64,000 bases of DNA from Thermodesulfobacteriota bacterium (lineage in GTDB: Bacteria > Desulfobacterota > Binatia > Bin18): assembly GCA_964291405.2 (NCBI GenBank), contig OZ219926.1:3200001-3264000 (forward strand), written 5' to 3'. Under the pieces are notes generated by a model, which was given only the letters and a program-made list of their open reading frames with translations, ran no database searches and had not been told where the DNA came from. A program made the translations under genes and the position numbers. Every line of letters starts with the position of its first letter. The stretch's first letter is position 1. Positions 1-9,959 of this stretch are shown piece by piece.

Positions 1-1332
1 GGCAACGATACTCTCGTGGAGCAGCAGCATTTCTTGGGGGACATAGCCGATGGCCGTGCGCCACGCCTTGAGATCAATTGAGGTGAGCGGAACCCCGTCA
101 ATATAGACTGCACCACTCTGGGGCTGGAGCAAACCGGCAATCAGGTCAACCGTAGACGTTTTCCCCGTTCCTGAAGGGCCGATAAGGAGCGTCACTTCGC
201 CTGCCGGAATGGCGCACGAGGCCCGCTCAAGGATGGGTTTCTCGGTATAAGCGAAGCTGACTTCCTGCAGGCGAATGCCCTGGGTGAGCCGAGGTTGGCG
301 AGCCCCGGTATTGACTTCGCGCGCAGCCTCTGACTGCCGGAGGGTGTCTTGCAGGGACCAATAAGCGCTCTCCTGGACGGCCATGCGTTGGTACTGGCGT
401 TGGGCCTTGTTCAGGCTACTCAAGGTCCGGCCAAACAGGACAACAAGCATAATGACCGCGTCAAGAGACAATGCCCAGCGCGTCAAGGCAACATACAGTC
501 CCCCGACCAAACAGGCGATCAGCAGTGGGTCCTGTAGAGCGCGTAATGCCTCTTTACTCAGGACCGCACGCTGGAGCGCGCGTTGTAAGCGTTGGGTCCC
601 ACGTTCGAGGAGCGGGCCGACCTGAGTTTCGCGCGCCATGGCCTTGAGCGGCTTGACCGCGTACAGCACATCGGTCAGTTGGCTGAGCATGCCCTTTAGT
701 AGGGCGGTCTGGCGAGCGCCGGCCCGCCGTGCCAGCCGCACCAGACGGTGTAATCCAAAGACGATCAACAGACCAAACAGCGCGGCCGCGAGGGTGGCCT
801 GCCAGGAGACGGACAGTGCGAGGGCAACGTAGAGGAGGGTTTGGATACTGAAGGCAATAATGGTGACCGCGTACAGATAGGCTTCAGAGGCTCGACTGGC
901 TTCGGTCGCAAACGCATTGGCAAAGCTGCCCACTGGCTGACGGACATAGTATTCCCAGCGGGCGGCCAGGAGTGAGCGTAACAGAGAGAGCCGCAGGTCG
1001 GTGGCGACATGGGCGACCGTATAGCCCACCTGCTTTTGGGCGAGGAGGACAAACCCGGCTTTGAGGACCATGCCCGCGACGATGATCAGGCACAGCAGGC
1101 CGATACTCGGCTGGAGCCCAAAGGTGGCGAGTATATCGTGGCTGAACTGTTCCAGGCCGGTTGGAGCCGTGTCCGGTGACAGCGCGCTACTGTGTGCCCG
1201 GGTGGCCAGACTCAAGAGCGGCAGGAGGCTGGAGAAGCTGATGCCTTCCGCAAAGGTGGCGAAGACGAGACAGGCGAGCGTCAGGGCACTCCGGCCGGGA
1301 TAGGCACGGGCAAAGGCAAGCAGGAGACGCAT
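1..1332 (-). CDS. ABC exporter, fused permease/ATP-binding (MsbA-like); 3' end runs off the window
   Basis: Absent from the ORF track because it is open at the edge. Read manually from ATG 1332: MRLLLAFARAYPGRSALTLACLVFATFAEGISFSSLLPLL, hydrophobic TM region, then Walker A GPSGTGKT near 160-180. Confidence 0.88.
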   Translation of the reverse strand, partial: MRLLLAFARAYPGRSALTLACLVFATFAEGISFSSLLPLLSLATRAHSSALSPDTAPTGLEQFSHDILATFGLQPSIGLLCLIIVAGMVLKAGFVLLAQKQVGYTVAHVATDLRLSLLRSLLAARWEYYVRQPVGSFANAFATEASRASEAYLYAVTIIAFSIQTLLYVALALSVSWQATLAAALFGLLIVFGLHRLVRLARRAGARQTALLKGMLSQLTDVLYAVKPLKAMARETQVGPLLERGTQRLQRALQRAVLSKEALRALQDPLLIACLVGGLYVALTRWALSLDAVIMLVVLFGRTLSSLNKAQRQYQRMAVQESAYWSLQDTLRQSEAAREVNTGARQPRLTQGIRLQEVSFAYTEKPILERASCAIPAGEVTLLIGPSGTGKTSTVDLIAGLLQPQSGAVYIDGVPLTSIDLKAWRTAIGYVPQEMLLLHESIVA

Positions 1333-1368
1333 GGCGAGAAGAGATAGAGAAAGGCGAGAGAGAAGAAC

Positions 1369-2615
1369 CTATCCCGCTCCCTCTTCTCTCTCCTTTCTGT
1401 TCCAGAACTGCACCAGGCGCAGTGAGTGTAAGCCGAGGGAGACGACCTGCCACACGACGATCACGACAAAGGCCGCCACGGGGAAGCCAAGCAGCAGACC
1501 GACCATAAAGAACGGAACGTTGATGTTGCGCCGCGAGATATAGGTACGCAGACGTTCATCAAACGGGGTACAGCCATGAATGGACTGGCCGACCCGCGCA
1601 CTGAACAGACCGGCCACAATCCGGTCCAGGGTATAAAAGACCGCCATCCAGACGGCAAGCTGCATCACGGGGGCGGCGATGTCTCCTGCCCCTAAGGCCC
1701 ACGCCCAGGCAAAATACCATACTGGTGGATGGATGATGTCCAGGCCATGATCCAGAATATCGCCTAGCTTGGAGGCGCTGAAGGTCAAACGAGCGAGCTT
1801 GCCGTCAACAGAATCCAGCACACTCATCGTATACGCCAGGGTAAAGGCTGTCACCCAATAGCCCTGAGCAAAGAGGGGCACGGCTAGGACGGTGATACCG
1901 ATATTAAAGAGTGAAACCACATTGGGATGAATCCGCCAGCGCGCCAGCGGACGGACGGCCCGCCAGACTAAGGGAGGGTAGACATATTTGGTAAAGAAGT
2001 CGGTTGAGCCTTTATAGTTAGACCAGAACAGAAAGCGTTGTCCCGGCTGGCCGGGTCCACAATGCGAAATAAATAGACGGGCAGGTCGCGCCGGAGCTTG
2101 CGAATATAGGATGGAACGTCGGTCAAGGGTAATTCTCGTACGCTTTGCTGTTGCAGGCTTTTTTGTGCGAGCTCCAGCAGGGAGGATGCGGGCGTATCGA
2201 TTACATCGAGAAACGCAGGGTCTCCTTCCAGGCGTAGGACTGCGGTCTGCTCTGCTCCTATTTCTCCTCGTGCCACCCAAGAACCAGGCAGTTCAGCAAG
2301 ATGGTGGAGGAGACGGCTGTCGATCACGGCGCTGGCCTCCAGGACGAGTAAAGGAGTGTCGCACGTGTCACCCGGCAGACTGGTCCGATATTCCGCTATC
2401 GTTCGAGAGACATGCCCCCACTGGAGCGGAAGTTCCTGGACAAGAGACGTGGGGAGAAGGGAAGGCAGATTGGTCGTCTCAGGAGCAAGCTGAACATAGA
2501 CCTCGGCCGGTTCCAGGCTGGCTTCGAGAAGCGCGCGCAGCTGTCGTTCGAGCAACGTCATTCCAAAAATCCGGAGTCGGCTGCTCGGATTTGTTGCGTC
2601 AATCCAAATATGCAA
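1369..2615 (-). pseudogene. CDP-alcohol phosphatidyltransferase with N-terminal degenerate NTP-transferase-like domain, split by a frameshift near 2035-2045
   Basis: ORF 1968..2615 gives the N-part (...RRDLPVYLFRIVDPASRD). ORF 1369..2280 gives the C-part (RFLFWSNYKGSTD...LDSVDGKLARLT...GDILDHGLD). The joined product is colinear with the paralog at 6649..7875. Confidence 0.8.
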
Positions 2616-2742
2616 AAATTCCCCTTCCTCATCAGGATGCTCAGGGTTTTTGAGACTATCAAGATTTCCCTTCTTCTTCTATCCTGCTTATCCTCCCATT
2701 CCTGAGAATCCTGATATTGCATCGTTCTCTTCGCGGTCTACA

Positions 2743-3606
2743 ATGCCCGACGTGACCACCGCAGCAGTTCAGCAGGCCGAGGAGAGCACCCTGCCTCCTG
2801 TCACGGCCCTAGTTCTTGCCGGCCGACGCGGGCCGAAGGATCGCCTAGCCCACACCGTAGATCAGAGTCACAAAGCCTGTATCCCAGTTGCTGGTGTTCC
2901 GATGATCGTGCGGGTGCTTACCAGCCTCCGGGCGGTCAACCTGGTACAGGACGTTGTGGTCAGTATCGACGATGCCGCAGTCTTGGCCGACTGTGCGGAA
3001 GTAAGAAGGGTTCGATTCCACGCCAGTCAACCCTCTCCGGCAGCGAGTGTCCTGGATTACTTTGAGGCGTACGAGGCACAGGGTCCTGTGCTGGTGACAA
3101 CGGCTGACCATGCGCTGCTCACCCCCGTCATGGTCGAGTATTTCTGTACTGCGGCCCAACACAGCGATGCCGATGTCGTTATTGGGGCGGTCTCCGCTTC
3201 ACTCTTTCGCGCGCAGTATCCCGAGTCACACCGCACCTTTCTCCCCCTGGCGGATGGGAGCTGGAGCGGAACGAATCTCTTTCTCCTACGGACCCCACAG
3301 GCGGCTCGGGCGGTTCGGTTTTGGGTACGAGCTGGACAGTTTCGGAAGCGGCCCTGGCGGCTGGTGAGTACATTTGGATTGGGGAATCTGCTGCGGCTCC
3401 TCTTTCGTCGGCTCGACCGGCCCACGGCTCTGGTCCAGGCTTCCCGCGTCCTGGGAGCACGAGTCGACCTTGTTGATATGCCGTTTGCCGAAGCGGCTAT
3501 TGATGTGGACACCCCCGATGACTTGGTGACAGTTGAACAGATTCTGGCAACCCGTGCCTCATGCGTCCGAACGGACGGCTCAATCAGACAGGAAAACCGC
3601 GTATGA
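2743..3606 (+). CDS. MobA-like NTP-transferase (nucleotidyltransferase family), CpgD-like candidate
   Basis: ALVLAGRRG...HKACIPVAGVPM, TTADHALL and C-terminal AAIDVDTPDD motifs. Start taken at ATG 2743. Confidence 0.82.
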   Translation: MPDVTTAAVQQAEESTLPPVTALVLAGRRGPKDRLAHTVDQSHKACIPVAGVPMIVRVLTSLRAVNLVQDVVVSIDDAAVLADCAEVRRVRFHASQPSPAASVLDYFEAYEAQGPVLVTTADHALLTPVMVEYFCTAAQHSDADVVIGAVSASLFRAQYPESHRTFLPLADGSWSGTNLFLLRTPQAARAVRFWVRAGQFRKRPWRLVSTFGLGNLLRLLFRRLDRPTALVQASRVLGARVDLVDMPFAEAAIDVDTPDDLVTVEQILATRASCVRTDGSIRQENRV

Positions 3607-4319
3607 CTAAGAAGCAGGACCTCGAAACCATGATGGAACAGACGGGACAGCCATTCAACTCCCCAGCGTTTGATACCTTTACCGCGGCCTGGGCGGTCTC
3701 ACAACGCAAAAAGAAAGCCGCAGAAACTCTGGACCGAGCCGAGACCCAATCCACCCCGGACGCACAGTCTGACGAGACCCAGGCTGTGGAGAATGACCCG
3801 GAAGTTTTACGCCGAAAAACGGAAAATATGTTTCACGGTCCTGTGCTCGATACCTTTACCGCGGCCTGGGCAGCCTCAAAGGGCAAGATCAAAACCCGCC
3901 CGGCACCCAGGCCGGACAATGAGCATATCGTCCGCCAGATTTATACTCATCTCCGTATGGCTGGGATGCAGGGTGATCTTGCACCCATCCTCCAGCCGCT
4001 GTCGGACGATGTGGAATGGCAGTCACCCGGACCTGAGGCGATTCCTTGGGCTGGCACCGTCCGGGGGCGGAAGCAGGTCGTGCAGTGGTTTGCCACGCGT
4101 GGAAAAGCGATAGAGGTCGAGCAGTTTGTGCCTAAAGAATTCATTGCGCAGGGCAATCAGGTGATCGTGATGTGTGAGGAACGCAGCCGGGTGAAGGCCA
4201 CCGGGAAAAGCTATGACGTGGCCGTGATGGTCGCCTGGACCCTGCTGAACGGTGTGATCACCCATTATCGTGAGGCGTATGACACGGCGACAGTGCTGGC
4301 CGCCTTCCAGAATGATTAG
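3603..4319 (+). CDS. SnoaL/NTF2-like protein with duplicated N-terminal motif
   Basis: C-half LSDDVEW...IPWAGTVRGRKQV...ITHYREAYDT is NTF2-like. ATGA overlap with the upstream gene. DTFTAAWA occurs twice. Confidence 0.75.
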   Translation: MTKKQDLETMMEQTGQPFNSPAFDTFTAAWAVSQRKKKAAETLDRAETQSTPDAQSDETQAVENDPEVLRRKTENMFHGPVLDTFTAAWAASKGKIKTRPAPRPDNEHIVRQIYTHLRMAGMQGDLAPILQPLSDDVEWQSPGPEAIPWAGTVRGRKQVVQWFATRGKAIEVEQFVPKEFIAQGNQVIVMCEERSRVKATGKSYDVAVMVAWTLLNGVITHYREAYDTATVLAAFQND

Positions 4320-4412
4320 GGAGTGCTGTGTGTTCGAGCCGAACCGTGCGCCGGATTCATATCCGCTTTAGTCGAATGCTGTCAGGCCTGTGGCCACGGC
4401 TAGGTCCCGTCT

Positions 4413-5447
4413 CTAGGTTGCCTGGAGTGCTTCTGTGGTGTCTGGATTTTTCGGGGCAGGGGCTGCGCGAAAGTACTGATCTCTGTCCGCGGAGCGTATT
4501 GTAATGTCTTTGATCTCTGTCCCGTGGAGGAGGGTGAGGGTGATATCGGCACCGGCCTCCCCAACCGCCCACATCTTTCGATAGAAGTCCGCCTGGTCTT
4601 TGACCGGTTGACCGGTAACCTTGAGGACCAGATCGTTGACCTGCACCCCGGCTTGTTCTGCCGGGCCGTCCGGTGCCACAAACATAATAATCAGCTTATC
4701 GCGGAACTCTTCAGTAAAGAGCCCGAGCCAGGGCCGAGGGGCCGCTCTGGCGCGACCGGTCCGAATCAGGTCGGTGAGGATGGGTTTGAGATGGTCAATC
4801 GGCACAAACATATTTCCGGTCAGAGACTCCCGACCGGGTAGGGCGTCATTGACCAGCAGTGAGCCGATACCCAGGAGCTTTCCGTCCGGCCCAATCAGCG
4901 CTGCACCGGCGTAACGGGGATGTGGCGGCGCGGTGAATATGGCGTCTTCGAGCAGGTATTCCCAATAGCCGGCAAATTCCCGCCGTGAGGTCACCAAAGT
5001 CGGGCGCACCGAAGCCGCACTGCTGTCGCTGGCAATAATGACTTCTGTCCGTTCATCCAGGTCGGAGGACTTGCCGAACGGCATGGGGGTGACGTTGAGC
5101 GGTTCGTCCGCGCGTAAGAGCCCAAAACCGGTCTGCGTGTCATGGGCAATAACGGTGGCTGGGATGCGTCTCCCCTCTATGCCCGTGACTTCAACCCGGC
5201 GGGCTTCCATGACCAAATAGCCGATGGTCAGAATATGGCCTTCCGTATCGATGATCACGCCGCTTCCGCTGCGTTGTTCCCCGAGAAACTGGGCCGTGCG
5301 CGCACTAGCCGGTATCTCGGCATGGATCGTCACCATAGCCGAGAGGACTTCCCGGGCGACGGGCGCCTGAGCGGCCGGTTGCGGGCTGAACACTGGGCTC
5401 AGGAGACCAACAAAGAACAGCAGCAACAAAGATAGGCACTTCTTCAT
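4413..5447 (-). CDS. Secreted S1C (HtrA/DegP-like) trypsin-fold + PDZ protein with non-canonical triad
   Basis: Signal peptide, GSGVIID..GHILTIGYLV, GAALIGPDGKLLGI, and PDZ region RPWLGL...GPAEQAGVQVNDLVLKV. Confidence 0.8.
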   Translation of the reverse strand: MKKCLSLLLLFFVGLLSPVFSPQPAAQAPVAREVLSAMVTIHAEIPASARTAQFLGEQRSGSGVIIDTEGHILTIGYLVMEARRVEVTGIEGRRIPATVIAHDTQTGFGLLRADEPLNVTPMPFGKSSDLDERTEVIIASDSSAASVRPTLVTSRREFAGYWEYLLEDAIFTAPPHPRYAGAALIGPDGKLLGIGSLLVNDALPGRESLTGNMFVPIDHLKPILTDLIRTGRARAAPRPWLGLFTEEFRDKLIIMFVAPDGPAEQAGVQVNDLVLKVTGQPVKDQADFYRKMWAVGEAGADITLTLLHGTEIKDITIRSADRDQYFRAAPAPKNPDTTEALQAT

Positions 5448-5516
5448 AATCAGACTCTCTGCGTAGCCTAACTCTGCTTCTAGCTCCAGGCTTGCGGCAG
5501 AGTCAAGAGTGAGGCG

Positions 5517-6467
5517 TCACGAGAGACTCTGCTCGGCAGCATGGAGGAAACTGGCCGTTCTCGGATCATACATGCGGGAAGTGAGAGTGATCTGAAAACG
5601 TCCCCGTCCGTTCACCTCACCGTGCGGCTCGATCCGATATAGGTGGTAGCGTGAGCGTCGCTGCGGCCGTCGACCGATCGCCGCGGAGGCTGGGACTCCG
5701 ACAACGGGAATCGGTCCCCAGGGTCCGGGGATACTCGCCGTGACTGTGCGGTGAACATGACCGTGCAGAATCAGCTCTGCGCCGGTCTTGGCGAGCACGG
5801 CCCGAAAGTTAGCCGCATCGGTGAGGCGGCGGCGGGCCGATATGGCGATGGGTTGGGGAGGATGGTGAATGAGCACGACCCGACTCAGGGGCGTGTTTGC
5901 CAACGCGCTGAGAAGCTGCTCAAGTCGATCTAGTTGCCTCTGGCCTATCGTTCCCGAGGCGTAGAAGGGAGCCGTTGCCCGCGCTGTTGAAACACCGATG
6001 AGGGCGATTGGTCCACAGGTCCGAAGGGTTGGAAACTCGGTTGGTGGAAGGTCTGAAGGCAACAGCGCAGGGTCTGACAGCGTATCCGTCGGGATATGAG
6101 AGCGCATGTAGTCGCCCCAATATGTCCACGGAGAAGATTCACTCCGGCGCGTATACGTGTCATGGTTACCTGGGATAAGGGAAACGTGCTGTGGGCCACC
6201 CAATTTTTGCAACCACGGGAGGGAGGCGCAGAACTCGTCTTCGAGCGCAATATTGGTCAGATCGCCGGTAATGACTACATGGTCCGGCCCTTGCATGTGC
6301 AGGTCGCTGACGAGTGCGGCCAAAACTTCGGGGCGATATTCCTTGCGCCGCCGCAGGGACCACGATAAGGCCCCCAAGAAGCGTTTGTTCAGGAAGTCCG
6401 TTGGCCGCCGGACCCGGACCGGTGTGACGTGTAGGTCTGATAAGTGGGCAAGCGTAAAGGCTGGCAT
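5517..6467 (-). CDS. Calcineurin-like metallophosphoesterase
   Basis: Motifs SDLH, TGDL, PGNHD, HHPP, HGHVH. Confidence 0.9.
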   Translation of the reverse strand: MPAFTLAHLSDLHVTPVRVRRPTDFLNKRFLGALSWSLRRRKEYRPEVLAALVSDLHMQGPDHVVITGDLTNIALEDEFCASLPWLQKLGGPQHVSLIPGNHDTYTRRSESSPWTYWGDYMRSHIPTDTLSDPALLPSDLPPTEFPTLRTCGPIALIGVSTARATAPFYASGTIGQRQLDRLEQLLSALANTPLSRVVLIHHPPQPIAISARRRLTDAANFRAVLAKTGAELILHGHVHRTVTASIPGPWGPIPVVGVPASAAIGRRPQRRSRYHLYRIEPHGEVNGRGRFQITLTSRMYDPRTASFLHAAEQSLS

Positions 6468-6648
6468 GGTGTTTGGCTCCGGGCGGCTCTCTTCAACCTA
6501 TACCACCTCCCTGGCATATGATAAGACCGCTCACTGTCAGGTTGTGGTCTAGGCAGAGCCATGGTCGAAAAGAGTAAACGTGCCCTCCAAGTCATACAAA
6601 AAAAGCTGGGTACATTTACTCTTTTACAGCGTGACGAGGAAGAGCGAT

Positions 6649-7875
6649 ATGAAACCGGTGGCGGGAGCCGAGCGTGTTCAGGTGTGGCTTGCCGATTCCA
6701 CAGTTCGTGCTGAGGGCGGTCCCACTGCTCCGGTAGAAGTGTGGGGTCTCTCGCCGGCAGAACGCCTGTGTCGCACCCTCCGCGCCGCGGGTGTGTCTGA
6801 GGCGCAGATTGTGAGGGGTCCCTCCCGTCCTCCTGTTCGCCCTGATAGCCCGCTCCTTGTTTTCCGAACCGATTATGTTTTTGACGAGCGCTTAATCCGA
6901 GCACTGCTTGAGAAGAGTCTTGAGCACGGTGGTGTCCGGAGCTTGGCGCTGGTTGATCCGGATATACCCGCGACGATTGTCGCAGTCGTTACAACAGGGA
7001 GTCAGAAAGAAGTGCTGCTCCCCGGCCTCACTGCTCCGGTGGCTGATGCGCAGCAGGAACGCCTGCCCTGCCGGGTTCCCGCTGACCTTGTTTCTGCCTA
7101 TTCCTCGGCACTGCGCAAATACGACCCTCCCTATCTGCTCCGGGTGGGTGTGGACTCGCTGACTCAGGTTGAAAATCACATGTTTCGTGCGTCGTATAAG
7201 GGTATTACCGACGTGGTCACCAAGTGGGTCTGGCCTCTGCCTGCCCGAGCTGTTACGCGCCTGCTGGCTCGCGCCCATGTTTCTCCCAACATCGTGACCG
7301 GGCTCAGCTGGATACTGGTGAGTGTGGCGACTTTGCTCTTTGTTCAGGGACAATTTGGTCTTGGACTCGTGTGTGCCTGGCTCATGACTTTTTTGGACAC
7401 CGTGGATGGCAAGCTGGCCCGCGTCACCTGCACCTCTAGCCGAATGGGCCATGTGCTGGACCACGGCCTTGACCTCGTCCACCCTCCATTCTGGTATATC
7501 GCCTGGGCGATGGGTTTGACGGGCAGCCTTTCTCCAGCCTTGATCTGGTATGACTCGGTCGTGGCGATTATCATTGGCGGGTATATTCTCGGACGGCTGC
7601 TCGAAGGGCTCTTTCTGCTGGTGTTTCACCTGGAAATTCACTCGTGGCGGCCTATTGATTCGTTTTTTCGGACCATTACCGCACGTCGGAATCCGAATCT
7701 GATTTTACTAACGCTCGGGGTTCTTGCCGGTCGTCCCGACCTGGGTTTCTGGCTCGTTGCGGTTTGGACCGTCTGTTCTCTGGGGTTTCACACGCTACGC
7801 CTGGGTCAGGCTTGTATCCAACGCTGGCGCGGCCGGCCTATTCAGACTTGGCAGGAAGTGGGGACGCTCGCATGA
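6649..7875 (+). CDS. CDP-alcohol phosphatidyltransferase with N-terminal extension (CpgA-like candidate)
   Basis: SPNIVT and signature LDTVDGKLARVT...GHVLDHGLD; several TM helices. Confidence 0.88.
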   Translation: MKPVAGAERVQVWLADSTVRAEGGPTAPVEVWGLSPAERLCRTLRAAGVSEAQIVRGPSRPPVRPDSPLLVFRTDYVFDERLIRALLEKSLEHGGVRSLALVDPDIPATIVAVVTTGSQKEVLLPGLTAPVADAQQERLPCRVPADLVSAYSSALRKYDPPYLLRVGVDSLTQVENHMFRASYKGITDVVTKWVWPLPARAVTRLLARAHVSPNIVTGLSWILVSVATLLFVQGQFGLGLVCAWLMTFLDTVDGKLARVTCTSSRMGHVLDHGLDLVHPPFWYIAWAMGLTGSLSPALIWYDSVVAIIIGGYILGRLLEGLFLLVFHLEIHSWRPIDSFFRTITARRNPNLILLTLGVLAGRPDLGFWLVAVWTVCSLGFHTLRLGQACIQRWRGRPIQTWQEVGTLA

Positions 7876-7989
7876 GGACAAGTAGGCCGGCGGATCCATC
7901 CTGGCGTAAGTCCTATTGGCCAAGAACGATGCTTGCCAGCTGGGGGCTGCTCGTGAACAAGATGGAACGGTCTGCATTCCGGGGCTTCC

Positions 7990-8973
7990 GTGCGACTGGG
8001 CCTTCTCAGTAATTGCCACGCCGGTCTGAGCCGCGCCTCCCCGACCGCACTCAAGCAGACTCTTGAGGACGCGCCCGAGGTCGTGCATGTGACGACGCGG
8101 TCGAGTGCAGACGTGCCCGAAGCGCTTGCCTGTCTCGCTCGCCAGGGCGTGACCCTCCTTGCTGTGGATGGCGGAGATGGAACGCTGCAACGCGTCTTGA
8201 CCGAAGTCTTGGTCGGCTCAATCTTTGAACCGCTGCCGGCTATTGCGCCTCTGCCTGGTGGACGAACAAACATGAGCGCTGCGGATATTGGCAGTACTGC
8301 TCGGCCGGCTGCCGGCCTGGTTGCATTGATCCGCGCGCTGCGGACCAATACACTTGAGCGGCGAGTGGTGAAGCGGCCAGTGTTGCGCGTCGACTCCGGC
8401 CCAGGCACGAGCCCTCAGTATGGCATGTTTTTTGGTGCGGGTGTTATCCAGCGGGCGCTCGCCTTTAAGCATCAGCTCTATCCCAAACGGCGTTTACAAG
8501 GTGTGTTCGGCGCCGGGCTCTTTTTAGGTGGAGCCATCCTGCGGGTGGCGAGCGGTTCCCCCACCGGAATTTTTGCTCCGGATAATATTGGTCTGGCGTT
8601 CACCCACAAGGCCATGACAAAAGAAACGTCCACAGACCAGCGTGAAACAAAGCCATTTCAACTCGTAATGGCGACCACGCTGACACGGCTCTTCCTGCGC
8701 CTCTGTCCGTTTTGGGGAAACGAGGGCGCACCGCTCCGGTTTACCGCCATCGCGGCCAATGCCGCGCGGAGCCCGGTTGCGGTGTGGAAGGTCTTACGCG
8801 GGCTTCCTCCGCCGCTGTTTGCGCTGGACTCAGGCTATTGTAGCCACAATGTTGAACGCCTGACCCTGCAGATGGACTGCGGTTTCACCATTGATGGCGA
8901 ACTCTTTGAGCCGCAACCCGGTCGGACCCTACATCTTGCGACGGACCACCGACTCCGTTTTATGCGAGCCTAA
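7990..8973 (+). CDS. Diacylglycerol/ceramide kinase family protein (CpgB-like candidate)
   Basis: GGDGT ATP motif, PLPGGRTNM, C-terminal FTIDGE. Confidence 0.85.
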   Translation: MRLGLLSNCHAGLSRASPTALKQTLEDAPEVVHVTTRSSADVPEALACLARQGVTLLAVDGGDGTLQRVLTEVLVGSIFEPLPAIAPLPGGRTNMSAADIGSTARPAAGLVALIRALRTNTLERRVVKRPVLRVDSGPGTSPQYGMFFGAGVIQRALAFKHQLYPKRRLQGVFGAGLFLGGAILRVASGSPTGIFAPDNIGLAFTHKAMTKETSTDQRETKPFQLVMATTLTRLFLRLCPFWGNEGAPLRFTAIAANAARSPVAVWKVLRGLPPPLFALDSGYCSHNVERLTLQMDCGFTIDGELFEPQPGRTLHLATDHRLRFMRA

Positions 8974-8975
8974 GT

Positions 8976-9959
8976 ATGCGAGACGATGTGCAACCGCCGC
9001 TGCCTACCCTGACGGGTCTCTTGGCCCAAGAGTGGACTCAGCCGGCGCCTGAAGCCGTCCAAGTCGTGGCCACGGAAATCCAACAGCTTCATGCCGAGGC
9101 AATCGATGCTGTACTGTTCTACGGCTCCTGCCTCCGCACCCAGCAGACGGCTGATGCCGTACTCGACTTTTACGTTCTCGTCCGCTCGTACCGGTCTTTC
9201 TATAATCGGTCGCTGCTCAGATGGCTGAACGCGCTGCTGCCGCCAAATGTGTTCTATATTGAGGTTAGGCAGGGGTCGCGGACGCTCCGGGCGAAGTATG
9301 CGGTTATCTCGACTGCGGCTTTTGAGCGCGCGGCAACTCCGGCCGTGGTCCCTTCCATTATCTGGGCACGCTTCTGTCAGCCGACTCGGCTGGTGTTTGT
9401 GCGCGGCAAGGAGGTGCAGGACCGTGTCATACACGCTGCAACACAGGCTACGCTCACATTTCTTTCTCGCGTCATTCTCTTTTTTGCGCGGAATGATTTG
9501 AGCCGATCTTTTTCCCTTGCCGACCTCTGGCAGAGGGGGTTTCGAGAAACGTACCGGACTGAGCTACGAACCGAACGGTCGGAAACCATCCGGGCATTAT
9601 ACGCAGCATCACCGGAGCGCTACGACCGTGTCGCGCGGTTGGGGCTCCAACTCCTGGAGCAGCAGGGGAGGTGCGTCTGCCGAGAAAGCGATGGGCGGTG
9701 GGCGGTCGCTCTGCCACGGCGTGCACGCTGGACAGGGAGAGTGAGTTGGGCAGTTCGGGCGACGAGTGCAAAATGTCTGTATGCCGTACGCCTCTTCAAA
9801 ACCGCGCTGACCTTTGACGATTGGCTGCCCTATGTCCTATGGAAACTGGGCAGGCATACCGGGGTGAGGATTGAGCTGTCAGAGCGACAGCGACGCTACC
9901 CACTGCTCTTAGGCTGGCCGGTATTGTTTAAGCTTCTTCGCCAACGTGCTCTTCGTTAA
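8976..9959 (+). CDS. Putative lipid cytidylyltransferase (Tam41/nucleotidyltransferase-like fold; CpgC-like candidate)
   Basis: AVLFYGSCLR...VLDFYVLV (GS...DxxV motif), LLPPNVFY, WARFCQP, YVLWKLGRHTG. Starts 2 nt after the kinase gene. Confidence 0.65.
   Translation: MRDDVQPPLPTLTGLLAQEWTQPAPEAVQVVATEIQQLHAEAIDAVLFYGSCLRTQQTADAVLDFYVLVRSYRSFYNRSLLRWLNALLPPNVFYIEVRQGSRTLRAKYAVISTAAFERAATPAVVPSIIWARFCQPTRLVFVRGKEVQDRVIHAATQATLTFLSRVILFFARNDLSRSFSLADLWQRGFRETYRTELRTERSETIRALYAASPERYDRVARLGLQLLEQQGRCVCRESDGRWAVALPRRARWTGRVSWAVRATSAKCLYAVRLFKTALTFDDWLPYVLWKLGRHTGVRIELSERQRRYPLLLGWPVLFKLLRQRALR

Noticed and set aside
7872-8012. 46-codon ORF overlapping the transferase stop (ATGA) and the kinase start
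   Set aside because: No recognisable features, and the kinase has a normal N-terminus at 7990. At most a coupling linker.
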